NCBI GenBank assembly: GCA_964416155.1
Contig: CAYQCW010000005.1
Location: 32,001-96,000, forward strand
Length of the DNA: 64,000 nt
From: an uncultured Nitrososphaerota archaeon
Lineage (GTDB): Archaea; Thermoproteota; EX4484-205; JAAOZP01
Direction of reading: 5' to 3'
Shown here: piece after piece, positions 38,591-48,124 of the stretch
Layout of the letters: each line of letters opens with the position of its first letter
Numbering within the stretch: the first letter of the stretch is position 1
The notes under the pieces: model-generated
What the model saw: only the letters and a program-made list of their open reading frames with translations
Told to the model about the DNA's origin: nothing
Databases searched by the model: none
Program-made: the position numbers and the translations under genes

Positions 38591-39649
38591 TCACCTAAAG
38601 GAGGAATTAGTGAGTTTTAATGCCCCGGAGTCTGTTATGAGGTAAGTGTCTTCAACCCTGACCCCGCCGACGCCAGGCATGTACACCCCGGGCTCAATCG
38701 TTATAATGTTCCCTGCTTTAAGCTCCTCGTTGCTAAAGGGAGAGATGGAAGGTGGCTCATGAATATCTATTCCAACCCCGTGTCCAAGGCTGTGTGCAAA
38801 ATACTTGCCTAGCCCGTACTCTTCTAATACTTCATAGGCCGACCTGTCTATCTCGCACGCCTTAACGCCTGGAAACGCCTTTCTCTCAGCAGTCCTCTTA
38901 GATTCCTCGACAGCCTCTATAATCCGCGTCGCCTTGCTTCCCTCAAGCCTTTCTCCAAAAACCATCGTCCTAGTCAAATCACTTTTATAATTGAGATAGT
39001 CCGCACCCGCATCTACCAGCACGATATCGCCTCTCTTAAGTAGTCTCGCCGATGGCGTTGCGTGAGGGTTGGACGTGTTTTCTCCAAATGCCACTATTGT
39101 TTCGAAAGAGGGTTTGAAAGCACCCTTTAAAACTATTTGGGCATCATATTCGCTGGCAACCTCCACTTCCGTGGTGCCCTCGCTCAGCCTGCTTGTGATT
39201 TCGCTGACAGTTTGGCTCGCTATTTCAGCAGCCCTCTTAACCCTATCTATTTCACGAGAATCCTTAACCAGCCGCATCTCCCTAACTATCCTGCTGCCTG
39301 TTTTCAAGAGGGCGCAGAGCTCTTTTTCAAGCCTCAAAGCTTCATGCATTTCTAACGTGTCGAACTCCACATACTTAAAACCAACTGGTTTTTCTTTCAA
39401 AAGCCTCTGCAAATATCCTTCACCCCTATCTAGCTTCACAACTCTAACCTCATTCAACGAGGAAGACATGTTAACGCTTTCTAGTGGTGTTACAAGCAGC
39501 TTGGCTTCACCGCTCTTAGGTATCAGAAGCATTCCTGAAACAGGTTGCTCGCTGTCGACAGCATAGATTATGTTTCCCTGATTCCTTAAAACAAGCAGGT
39601 CTATGCCTGTTCTACTCAACCTGTTTTGAATTATTTCTATTCTGCTCAT
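38591..39649 (-). CDS. pepQ: Xaa-Pro peptidase (M24B)
   Basis: PH, DAGA...SDLTRT, HSLGHGVGIDIHE, TIEPGVY, RVED. Confidence 0.9.
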   Translation of the reverse strand: MSRIEIIQNRLSRTGIDLLVLRNQGNIIYAVDSEQPVSGMLLIPKSGEAKLLVTPLESVNMSSSLNEVRVVKLDRGEGYLQRLLKEKPVGFKYVEFDTLEMHEALRLEKELCALLKTGSRIVREMRLVKDSREIDRVKRAAEIASQTVSEITSRLSEGTTEVEVASEYDAQIVLKGAFKPSFETIVAFGENTSNPHATPSARLLKRGDIVLVDAGADYLNYKSDLTRTMVFGERLEGSKATRIIEAVEESKRTAERKAFPGVKACEIDRSAYEVLEEYGLGKYFAHSLGHGVGIDIHEPPSISPFSNEELKAGNIITIEPGVYMPGVGGVRVEDTYLITDSGALKLTNSSFR

Positions 39650-40172
39650 ACGCTTGCCCTGTTTGAAGCCGTGCTCTTAAAGCTTGCTTAAGCTCATCAT
39701 CGCTGCACACACCGAAAATGCTTAAGCCGGTTGGAGTTAGCCTCAATACCTTGCTCCTCCCCTCCCTGCTTGCTTCAAGCAACCCCATTTCAACCAGCCT
39801 CTTAATCTGCCTATATGCATGGGATCCCCTGAGGCTAACAATTCTGGATTGAGCTATGGGCTGTTTCAAACCTATGAGTGTGAGCGTTTTCAATACGGCT
39901 CTACTCATCATTGGTTTAACACCTATTCTTTTAACGAAGCCGGAGTACTCGGGTTTAACCCTTAACATGTAATTTCCCTGCCCTATCTCAACTATTTCTA
40001 AGCTCGTGTCCCTAGCCCTATACTCTTCAACGAGCTCTCTCAACGCTTTCTCAACCTTCTCAACCTTTCTGGCACCTGCCGCCGACTTTAACTGCCTTAT
40101 TGTCAACGGTCTTCCAGATGCGGAGAGGGCTGCCTCAATCCTCTTCCTATACTCCGAGTCCCTGGAAACCAT
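39612..40172 (-). CDS. scpB: Segregation/condensation protein B (kite)
   Basis: IEAAL, L..EY....LEI, SRAVLKTL..I..KQPI.QS.IV.LRG; in operon with smc. Confidence 0.9.
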   Translation of the reverse strand: MVSRDSEYRKRIEAALSASGRPLTIRQLKSAAGARKVEKVEKALRELVEEYRARDTSLEIVEIGQGNYMLRVKPEYSGFVKRIGVKPMMSRAVLKTLTLIGLKQPIAQSRIVSLRGSHAYRQIKRLVEMGLLEASREGRSKVLRLTPTGLSIFGVCSDDELKQALRARLQTGQAYEQNRNNSKQVE

Positions 40173-40824
40173 TCTCCATCACTATATAGTAGTTTCCCTC
40201 CTCGGAAAGAATGTCGAAGCCCGGCTCAGACAGGAGGAAGAGAATCAATATAAATGTCCTGGCCATCTCCAAGGGCTGTTTGCCTTCAAGTAGGGAGTTC
40301 AATGAAATTCTTCCCTCCTGGCTGAGCATCGTGTAAAGAGTGTTCCTGAACTCCTCGACTTTCTTCTCGATCTCCCTTATGAAATCATCCGACTGGGTTA
40401 CAATGGGTGGAAGCGCCTCCTCCTCTGGAGCCCTCTTAGAGTAAGCCTTTTCAAGTATTTCAGAAAGTGCTTTTACGAGGCGTTCAAGATCTATGACTGG
40501 CTGAGACGGCCTGATGGGGGCTTCAAGAGGGCTTATTTTCTCAAGCAGTTCTAGAGGAACATCCAGCGTCTCCTCCGCATTAAGGGACTCCTTATGCTTA
40601 AGCTCAGAGTCTATTGAGAGAAGCGCCTCTGTCTTCCTAAGATAGATTATTGAGGATGCTAGCAGCACTAGTCCGGACAGCGTGAACTGCAAATATCCTT
40701 TTTCACGGAGCTCCCCGGATAGTTGCTTCAGAATCCCTGTGATCTTAATGTCCCAAGGGTTTACTCTCCTGAGTTTAATCAGGTCGAACACTATATCGGT
40801 TGCTTCCCGCCCCTCATCCGACAA
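40147..40824 (-). CDS. scpA: Segregation/condensation protein A (kleisin)
   Basis: VNPWDIKI, SG.VL..SS.IY..K, C-terminal TFILILFL. Confidence 0.88.
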   Translation of the reverse strand: MSDEGREATDIVFDLIKLRRVNPWDIKITGILKQLSGELREKGYLQFTLSGLVLLASSIIYLRKTEALLSIDSELKHKESLNAEETLDVPLELLEKISPLEAPIRPSQPVIDLERLVKALSEILEKAYSKRAPEEEALPPIVTQSDDFIREIEKKVEEFRNTLYTMLSQEGRISLNSLLEGKQPLEMARTFILILFLLSEPGFDILSEEGNYYIVMENGFQGLGV

Positions 40825-43800
40825 CCGTTGTCTCCTCCAACGCTTTCCCAGCAGGCATTTCTATGAACCTTGAGAAACCGTTCTTAACGAAGACTCCTAT
40901 AACCTTGTCAGCCTTGCTCACAACGACATCCTTGAGGGAAACAATTATTATCTGGCTTTCCATGGAGACTTCTTTCAAAAGCTCTGTCATCCTTTCAATG
41001 TTAACGTAATCCAAGTGTGCATCAGGCTCGTCGAAAATGTAAAAAGCTGCTGGGAAAAGTTTTTGCATAGCGAAAATCAGGCATATTGCTGCCACAGACT
41101 TCTCTCCTCCACTAACTCCGCTTAGTACTCTCGCCTCTTTCCCTGGGAACCTGACGTATACTGTTAATCCGGCTTCAAAAGGCCTTTCAGGATCCTCGAG
41201 TTGAAGCCATCCGTCGCCCCCCGTCATCCTGTTGAAGAAGATTGAGAAATACTTGTTTATCCTATTTAACCCGTCTAGGAAAGCTTCCCTTTTTCTCCTT
41301 TCAATATCCTCCATGAATTCCTGGATGCTCCTCCTTTCTTCCTCAAGCTCGTTAATCCTTTCAAGAGCATTCCTATAAAAGTAAACCTCCTGCTCATACT
41401 GGTTAATGGCAAGCATGTTTACCTCTTGAACCTTCTCAAGCTCGCTCCTAAGTATGTTCAAATATTTTTCCGTTGAGCTTTCCTTATCCTCTGAAACTTT
41501 AAGAGGCTGACCCGGAATCCTGCTTTTCAGCTCCCGAATCCTATTTTCACTCATCTCTTTGTCAACCAATAGCTTTCTCTCAACATCTTTAACTCTGTTT
41601 ATCTCCGCATTCAACCTTTCAATCTCCTCGTCAAGTTTCCGGATTGTTGAAACTAGGTCTCGCCTCCTATCTTCCACACCCTCGCGTACAACCTCTATGT
41701 TTCCCCCCATCCTTTCCTTCAAATCCCTAATCCTCATGTTTAAATCACGAGCCAGGATTAAAACATCCCTATTGTCTTCCCTGATTTTAGTGATTTTCTC
41801 GCTCAGAGCCTTCTTAGTATTCCTGTACTCCGCAGCCTTTCTATTTAGATTACTGATGATGTTTTCAATCAGGGTTAGTCTGTTTTTTAAAACATCTCTC
41901 CTCTTTTCAAGCCTGCGCAACTCGTTTCCAACCAGCATTATTCTCCTGCGAATCCTACTGACGCTTTTCTCCTTAGCGTCGATTAATGATTTTAACCTTA
42001 TCCTTTCACGTTCTAATAGACGTTTTTTACCTGAGTCACGTTTTCTAAATGCTTGGCTCAATCTTCGAGACGCTTCTAAATACTCGCTAGTCAAAGTGCC
42101 TAACTGTTCTCCCAGCTCCTCCATACGAGAGTCAATAGTGTTCAGGTCCTCGGCAAGCCTGTTTCGAATACTTGACGCTTCAATTATTTTACTGTTTAAA
42201 ACTGGTCTCACATGATTATTCATGGTTTCAAGTATTCTGGATAGCTCTCCAGCTTTCTCAGAGAAGCTTTTTACAATGTTTCTAATGCTTTCAAGCTTCT
42301 CCTCAATATTTTCCCTGACCAGTCCTCCTTCTACAGTAAAAACCTCGCCGTTTATGGTTGCTGCCCTAAACCCTCTTCTAGCGAAGACGAGAGCGTCCTC
42401 CGCAGTGTTAACCACAACGCTGTTCCAGAAAACCTTTAAGATATGTTTCTCAACACTCTTAGGGTATTTAACTACATCCATCATATGCTTGCCACGCCTA
42501 CTGAGTTCAAGCGGTATCTCTTTCCTGTTTAATTCTCCCTCAGAGGTTAACACTTTAATCCCGATGCCTTTTCCTCCAAGGAAGTTCATTAGGAAAAGCA
42601 TGTCTAGAGAGCTTTTAACGAGCACAGCATCCATCCAATCACCAGCCAGGCTTTCAACAGCTCTACTCAGTTCCCTTGGAAACCAAAGGTTTTCTCTAAG
42701 AACTCCGTAAATGCTTAAGCTTTTTTTCTCCGAAACGTTTTTCACAAGCTCTAGAATCCGCCTCCCTCTCTCATCCTGAATAGCGTAGTCTGCTATCCCC
42801 GACACTTTTGCAAAAAGGATTCTGAACGAATCCAAACTACTCATTAAGACTCTAATGGTGTTCATTATTTCATCCAACATCCTTTTCCTCTCTGCTAAAA
42901 CTCTGTCAAGATCAGCCAGTTTCTCGATCACCCTGCTCTTTCTAGCCGTCTCCACCTTCCTCCTCCTGCTCAAAGACCCTATTTTCCTCTTTAGACTGTC
43001 ATAATAGGTAGTGACTTCTCTTAACATTCTTTCCGAATTCTCCTCCTCAAGCACCAGCCGGTCTAAATCCCTGTTAACTAGAACCAGCCTGTTCATCATA
43101 CTGGAAATCTCTGCCTCCTGTTGTTTCTCGGCTTCTTGAAGCCTCTTCTTCTCGCTCAGAAGACGAAGTATCTGGCTGCTGATTGAAGAGCGTTTTTCAA
43201 GCATACGTCTATAATCCTCCGTCAGGCTAGCCGTTTTCCTCATGCTCTTACTCCTCTTCCGCCTTGTTTTAGACAATTCTCTTTTAATCGTGTCTAACTC
43301 ACTCCTGTTTCTCTCAAGCCTTTCAAAGGCTTCTCCAAGCCTTTTCTCAAAGTCTTTCAACTCGTATTGGATCCTAATTCTCTCCGCGTCAGGGGTTGCT
43401 GAAGCAGCGTTTTCTAAAAGTTCCTCCATCCTCTCTATAAGGCTTCTCTTCTCCACCTGTCTGGAGGCAAGCTCTGCTTCAAGCTCACTTCGCACGACAA
43501 TATTTTCCCCAAGGCTCCGGGAGATTTCCTCCAGTTTTCTGGCGAGCCTCCAATACTCGAACGAATTGATAATCGTCTGCATCCTCTCCACTTCTTTCTC
43601 AAGCATTCTTCTCCTGAGTAGAATGTTTCTCTCCCTTTCTAATTGAAGCATTCTTCTATCTATCTCTTGAAGCCTAGCCTGCGCCACCCTGAGATTATTG
43701 TCGGCCTGCAGCAGGTTGCTGAGCGCCTCCGCCTTCTTCTCATCGTACTGGGCTAAGCCTAGAGCCTGTTCTATCTCTTTTCTTCTCTCCACAGGATTCT

Positions 43801-44731
43801 TATCAGCCAGCCGCGAAATCTCTCCCTGCGGTATCATGTTGTAGCCTCTTGCAGAAAGGCCAGTTGAGGAAATGGTGTCTTCAACGACGTTTTTAGAAGT
43901 CCTTCTACCGTTGAGATAATATGTGCTTTCCCCGTCTCGCCCCATTCTCCTAGCAACTGTTATAAGCTTCTCTTGACCAAGTATTGTTGAATCACTATTA
44001 TCTATGGTTATTTTCACATAGGTCTCCGCTTCCCTGCCAGCGTTATCGTTAACCAAGGAGGAAAGCCTATCCATCCTAAGAAGCCTAGGATTGTTTTCTC
44101 CAAGTGCGAAACGTATCGCATCGATTAAATTACTATTGTGAACTATCAAGCCGTCTCCGGCAACATAGGAGCCAATGTTCTCAACGTATATGTCATATAC
44201 TTCTCCTTTCCAAAATCTCACAACTATTCTGTTTAAAACATCAAGGCTCGGTTTTCCACCGTCCATAATCATTATCCGCATGCCTTCTGAAAGCCGTGAA
44301 GCCTCCAACCATCCGCGTACCCCGCTCCCATAAACCACCATCAGCTTGTGCTCCGGGGTTACTTCGATCCTTCTGCCAGTCGCCGTCTCCATTTTTAACA
44401 GGCGCCCTTCATAGGGCTTCCTGAACATGGCGCTAACACTAGCTTCAACCCTCCTCCCTAGGTGCGGATGATAGCTTACGAGCAGCTCCCCTCTCCGAGG
44501 AATTATGTATTCTCCATCCATCTGCTTGATTCTGATGCTCTCTGAATACAATTCTTTGAAAAAGGATTCTACGGGCAGCGCTCCCCACGGCTGCCCTATG
44601 ATCGTCCAGGGCGCTACGCATTTTCCGGAGCCGTTTCTACCGGTTAAAACAGTTAAGCCTCTGCTCAGGTTTATTACCTGTCGGCCGCCCACCGACTTGA
44701 AATTCCTGATCTCGATCCTTGTCAGATGCAA
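40814..44731 (-). CDS. smc: Chromosome segregation protein Smc (intein-containing)
   Basis: NFKS, GRNGSGK[intein]SN, Q-loop, hinge (YGVLRENL...AVESLAG), SGGEKS, FDEPDAHLD. Confidence 0.95.
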   Translation of the reverse strand: MHLTRIEIRNFKSVGGRQVINLSRGLTVLTGRNGSGKCVAPWTIIGQPWGALPVESFFKELYSESIRIKQMDGEYIIPRRGELLVSYHPHLGRRVEASVSAMFRKPYEGRLLKMETATGRRIEVTPEHKLMVVYGSGVRGWLEASRLSEGMRIMIMDGGKPSLDVLNRIVVRFWKGEVYDIYVENIGSYVAGDGLIVHNSNLIDAIRFALGENNPRLLRMDRLSSLVNDNAGREAETYVKITIDNSDSTILGQEKLITVARRMGRDGESTYYLNGRRTSKNVVEDTISSTGLSARGYNMIPQGEISRLADKNPVERRKEIEQALGLAQYDEKKAEALSNLLQADNNLRVAQARLQEIDRRMLQLERERNILLRRRMLEKEVERMQTIINSFEYWRLARKLEEISRSLGENIVVRSELEAELASRQVEKRSLIERMEELLENAASATPDAERIRIQYELKDFEKRLGEAFERLERNRSELDTIKRELSKTRRKRSKSMRKTASLTEDYRRMLEKRSSISSQILRLLSEKKRLQEAEKQQEAEISSMMNRLVLVNRDLDRLVLEEENSERMLREVTTYYDSLKRKIGSLSRRRKVETARKSRVIEKLADLDRVLAERKRMLDEIMNTIRVLMSSLDSFRILFAKVSGIADYAIQDERGRRILELVKNVSEKKSLSIYGVLRENLWFPRELSRAVESLAGDWMDAVLVKSSLDMLFLMNFLGGKGIGIKVLTSEGELNRKEIPLELSRRGKHMMDVVKYPKSVEKHILKVFWNSVVVNTAEDALVFARRGFRAATINGEVFTVEGGLVRENIEEKLESIRNIVKSFSEKAGELSRILETMNNHVRPVLNSKIIEASSIRNRLAEDLNTIDSRMEELGEQLGTLTSEYLEASRRLSQAFRKRDSGKKRLLERERIRLKSLIDAKEKSVSRIRRRIMLVGNELRRLEKRRDVLKNRLTLIENIISNLNRKAAEYRNTKKALSEKITKIREDNRDVLILARDLNMRIRDLKERMGGNIEVVREGVEDRRRDLVSTIRKLDEEIERLNAEINRVKDVERKLLVDKEMSENRIRELKSRIPGQPLKVSEDKESSTEKYLNILRSELEKVQEVNMLAINQYEQEVYFYRNALERINELEEERRSIQEFMEDIERRKREAFLDGLNRINKYFSIFFNRMTGGDGWLQLEDPERPFEAGLTVYVRFPGKEARVLSGVSGGEKSVAAICLIFAMQKLFPAAFYIFDEPDAHLDYVNIERMTELLKEVSMESQIIIVSLKDVVVSKADKVIGVFVKNGFSRFIEMPAGKALEETTVVG
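44135..44620 (-). mobile_element. Mini-intein, 162 aa, no homing endonuclease, in Smc Walker A
   Basis: Starts Cys (CVAPWT) after GSGK; block B VTPEHK; block F VYDIYV; ends IVHN followed by Ser+1. Confidence 0.93.
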
Positions 44732-44920
44732 CCTCTAAACCCTCTCCGCATCAGCCGCCACTATGAGCCTTAGAATAATATTCATGGGCTTTTTAATGTA
44801 ACTTGCAGAGTCATCCTCGCTTCGAAAACTAAATGTAAAGGTGCTCCCAAGCGTCATAAAGCTTAGCATAAGTGCCTAGGAATAAGTTTTTAAGCATTAT
44901 TTTAATGAGTCTGGGACAGG

Positions 44921-45310
44921 TTGTCAGTATACCACGGAGACATATTCAAAAGGAAGAAAACCGGGGGTAAGAGTCACCCCAGTAGGGGTAAACGCAAGTA
45001 TGAAATGGGACGGTCGCCAACCCTTACGAGACTCGGGGAGAACAATATTGTTGAGAAGATAAGAGTCAGAGGAGGAGGATTAAAGCTTAGAGTTATTCAG
45101 GCTGCTTATGCTAACGTCGCTGTTGAAAAGGATAGGGTTGTGAAAGCAAAGGTTCTAGACGTGGTTGATAATCCTGCGAACAGGGAGTTCGGGAGGATGA
45201 AAATAATAACAAAGGGCGCTATTATAAAGACTGAAGTGGGTAATGCTATGGTTACTTCTAAACCGGGCTCTAACGGGGTTGTGAACGCTAAGCTGGTTTC
45301 TGCAAGATGA
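44921..45310 (+). CDS. rps8e: Ribosomal protein S8e
   Basis: RKKTGGK, KRKYEMGR, RVRGG, IITKGAII, GVVNA. Confidence 0.96.
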   Translation: MSVYHGDIFKRKKTGGKSHPSRGKRKYEMGRSPTLTRLGENNIVEKIRVRGGGLKLRVIQAAYANVAVEKDRVVKAKVLDVVDNPANREFGRMKIITKGAIIKTEVGNAMVTSKPGSNGVVNAKLVSAR

Positions 45311-45603
45311 AAAACATTTCTAAGGAACGCTACGTGATAGTTTACCCGCAGTATTTTGATTCCAAGGCTTCGCGGAAAATGGGTAGGCGTGTCTCTAAGA
45401 GTCTTGCGGTTGACTCTCCAAGCCTGGCTAGGGTTGAGGAAGCCTGTAGAAAGCTTGGCTTAAAGGTTATTCTGGAACCCGACAAGGCTTATCCGAGGGT
45501 GAGCAATGCTAAATGTGGGAGGATAGTAGTTTTCTGCAAGGATATGCAGAAGAAGAGCCTTATTGAAAAAATCGGGAGGGTCATGAAGGGTGGTGCTGGT
45601 TGA
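45307..45603 (+). CDS. srp19: Signal recognition particle protein SRP19
   Basis: VYPQYFDS..SR..GRRV, KAYPR, GRI. Confidence 0.92.
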   Translation: MKNISKERYVIVYPQYFDSKASRKMGRRVSKSLAVDSPSLARVEEACRKLGLKVILEPDKAYPRVSNAKCGRIVVFCKDMQKKSLIEKIGRVMKGGAG

Positions 45604-45833
45604 AACGTAAAGGGACTGTTGAAAACATTCTTAACAACAGGATTGCTTTAGTTAGGCTTGAAGGGCTGGTTGGCTTAGGCTCCCTCGTCCTAAGCAGGGA
45701 TATGAGGCCGCTGGGAAGCGTTACAGACATAATAGGTCCTGTTAAAGAGCCCTATGCCGTGATTGTTTTAAAAAGAGACGTCAAGAAAGTTGGGAAAGGC
45801 GACGTCGTGTTTTTTAAACCTAGAAAAGCATAG
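45600..45833 (+). CDS. gar1: H/ACA RNP protein Gar1
   Basis: LGSVTDIIGPVKEPYAVI. Confidence 0.88.
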   Translation: MKRKGTVENILNNRIALVRLEGLVGLGSLVLSRDMRPLGSVTDIIGPVKEPYAVIVLKRDVKKVGKGDVVFFKPRKA

Positions 45834-45949
45834 TGCTCGGAAAACCTTTATAGCTTGGGAACGCTACTGTCAAAGACGGTGACAAAGCCTCGACGGTCAG
45901 AAAGGTCTCGAGAAGATACAGGCTTGAGGGAAAGGTCCTTAACATCATA

Positions 45950-46306
45950 ATGCGTTCCAAGGACGGGGTGGTTCAAACAGACCTATACAAGATGCTTAAA
46001 ATCTCAAGCAGAGAGGGCTCGAGAATCTGCTTGAAACTGGAGTCCTGGGGACTTATAAAGAGGGAGAAGGTTCTTCACAAGGAGAGATGGACCTATAAGC
46101 TTTACTCGACACGTAAGGTTCCAAAGATAGATTCGTTAAAGGGTTCACCGTGCTTCGCATGTCCGCATTTCAACAGGAGTTGTTCATCAGGATCTGCAAT
46201 AAGCCCTGAACGTTGTGAACTACTGGATAAGTGGATACTTACGATTGATGTGGGGGGAGCGGATGCTGAAGTCAAAGAGGCGGTGGCTTCAAGAGAGGAA
46301 GCGTGA
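45950..46306 (+). CDS. TFE-beta (RPC34/RPC39-like wHTH plus Cys-rich Fe-S domain)
   Basis: wHTH (GVVQTDLYKML...LE..GLIKRE) plus PCFACP...C...ISPERC.LL..W; follows gar1; true N-terminus probably upstream of this ATG. Confidence 0.75.
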   Translation: MRSKDGVVQTDLYKMLKISSREGSRICLKLESWGLIKREKVLHKERWTYKLYSTRKVPKIDSLKGSPCFACPHFNRSCSSGSAISPERCELLDKWILTIDVGGADAEVKEAVASREEA

Positions 46307-46883
46307 CCCGTATTTTATACTTTCGAAGAAAGAGGGTTACCGTAGCAGGGCGTCGTATAAGCTTAAGCAGATACTGGATGAGTACAGGGTTATCAGAACT
46401 GGGGATGTTGTTCTAGATATTGGATGTGCCCCCGGAGGATGGCTTCAAGTTGCTTCTGAAGCCGTTGGTGAAACCGGGCTGGTTATTGGGGTTGATGTTA
46501 AGGAGGTTGAAAACCTAGGGTTGGAGCATGCTAAGACAATCGTGCTCGACGTTTTCGATGAGGGCTTTGTTGAAAAAGTTTTAAAAGAATCTAAAAACAA
46601 GTTCGACGCGATTCTTTCAGACCTCTCGCCTAACATGTCTGGGGTCTATGAGCTCGATCACGCTAGGCAGATTGAGATGGTCGAGAGGGTCCTACAACTG
46701 TCGAGGTACCTGTTGAAGACAGGCGGGTCGATGGTGATTAAGGTTTTCGAGGGCGAGGGTTCCGACAGGGTTTACAGGAGAGTTTCGATGCTCTTCAGGT
46801 TTGTTAAAAGGTTTAAGCCTAAGGCTTCCCGCAAGGGGAGTTCAGAATTTTACCTGGTCGCCAAGCTTTTCAAAGGATTCTAA
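46263..46883 (+). CDS. rlmE: 23S rRNA 2'-O-methyltransferase RlmE/FtsJ
   Basis: GYRSRASYKL, DIGCAPGGW, SDLSPN, KPKASR..SSEFY. Confidence 0.94.
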   Translation: MLKSKRRWLQERKRDPYFILSKKEGYRSRASYKLKQILDEYRVIRTGDVVLDIGCAPGGWLQVASEAVGETGLVIGVDVKEVENLGLEHAKTIVLDVFDEGFVEKVLKESKNKFDAILSDLSPNMSGVYELDHARQIEMVERVLQLSRYLLKTGGSMVIKVFEGEGSDRVYRRVSMLFRFVKRFKPKASRKGSSEFYLVAKLFKGF

Positions 46884-48057
46884 TAATTCTAATAAGCTCG
46901 TCGAGCCCAGCATTAGTCCTTATGCAATTATTATCGAAACCGCTTCTGCACGCTGCAAACCCTTCTTTCTCAAGCCTCTCTATAATAAGGGTTCTCCCAG
47001 GAGGGTTCACATGCAGGTTTGAAGCAAGCCCGGTTAAATCAATGCTTCCCACAATCTTCTGATCATCCGAGACGAGGGTTTCAAGGGTTCTTAAAACATT
47101 TTTGTCCACAAGTGTTTTCTCTGCTTTCTGAAGCAGCATTTTCTCAAGCCATTCCCTAGAGTATGTTTGGCCAGTGTAAAGCGGCCCCAGCAATAAGGAA
47201 TCCTTCTCGCAACTTTCTTCAAAGTCAACCACGCCGAGTGGCTCATGTATTTTCCCAACCCTCCTTACTTTAAGAAACCTGATTTGCGAAACACTTTTGA
47301 AAGCGTGTTTCCTACCCTTCAAAACTCTTACGAAAACCTTAACGTAATGTCTTCGCGTGATTGAAACAATAGGCTCAATCCCCCTTTCATTCCTGACGGC
47401 AGCATCAGCCAAAGCTTTAAGCAGAACCCTGACTCCAATTTCCCGCATGAAACCAGTTTTAAAAACATTCACACCGTAAAGCATCCTCGCAGCCCGCTTA
47501 TGTACTCCGAAAAGGTTGGCAGTGTCAGTGGCGGTTACGCTGAGCACGCCACCGTGTTTAACAGCTTGAAAGCAGGTGTCAAGAAACCTGACAGGGGTTC
47601 CGAAAGGATCTATGTCAAGCATGTCAAACCTGCTGCCTCCGAGAGAATGCGTCACGTGAAAAATATTCGCATCCATTTTAGAGGCATGTATCCTATCCTC
47701 TAGCCTGTTCAATTTAACGTTCATAACCATGATTGCAAAAGCCCTTTGACTGTTATCGTTCATATATGCTTCACTCCATCCCGCCTCCGTAAGAACTCTT
47801 ATCGATCTTACTCCGACGCCCGCCATAGAGTCTCCAAAACAGAGGCTGCGCCCAGATTCCTTCTTAATCACGTTGGCAACCATGACTGTAAAATCCCTGT
47901 TCTCCTTCATCAAAGGATTGTAAAACACGGGTGCTTTAGAAGGAACATACTCGTTCGGCGAAACCCTGTAGTAATCCAGCTTTGGGACAATTATTTCAGC
48001 CCTCCCTTCCCTGAGCCTAGTCGTTTCGAAACCCGTCTCGTCTCCCTGCTTCTCCAC
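46870..48057 (-). CDS. trm1: tRNA m2,2G26 dimethyltransferase
   Basis: PVFYNPLM..NRD, GVRSIR, DIDPFGTP, VTATD, GPLYTG. Confidence 0.93.
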   Translation of the reverse strand: MEKQGDETGFETTRLREGRAEIIVPKLDYYRVSPNEYVPSKAPVFYNPLMKENRDFTVMVANVIKKESGRSLCFGDSMAGVGVRSIRVLTEAGWSEAYMNDNSQRAFAIMVMNVKLNRLEDRIHASKMDANIFHVTHSLGGSRFDMLDIDPFGTPVRFLDTCFQAVKHGGVLSVTATDTANLFGVHKRAARMLYGVNVFKTGFMREIGVRVLLKALADAAVRNERGIEPIVSITRRHYVKVFVRVLKGRKHAFKSVSQIRFLKVRRVGKIHEPLGVVDFEESCEKDSLLLGPLYTGQTYSREWLEKMLLQKAEKTLVDKNVLRTLETLVSDDQKIVGSIDLTGLASNLHVNPPGRTLIIERLEKEGFAACRSGFDNNCIRTNAGLDELIRIIRIL

Positions 48058-48124
48058 GCTTCCAGTATCCGTCTATCTTCTTAAAAACTGTTGAGAAACC
48101 CTTTTATCCATCCTGAAGCCTCGG

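Noticed and set aside
41559-43646. Long Ser/Leu/Phe-rich plus-strand ORFs
   Set aside because: Antisense shadows of the Glu/Lys/Arg-rich Smc coiled coil; the same applies to shadows over gatE, COG1340 and the second SMC
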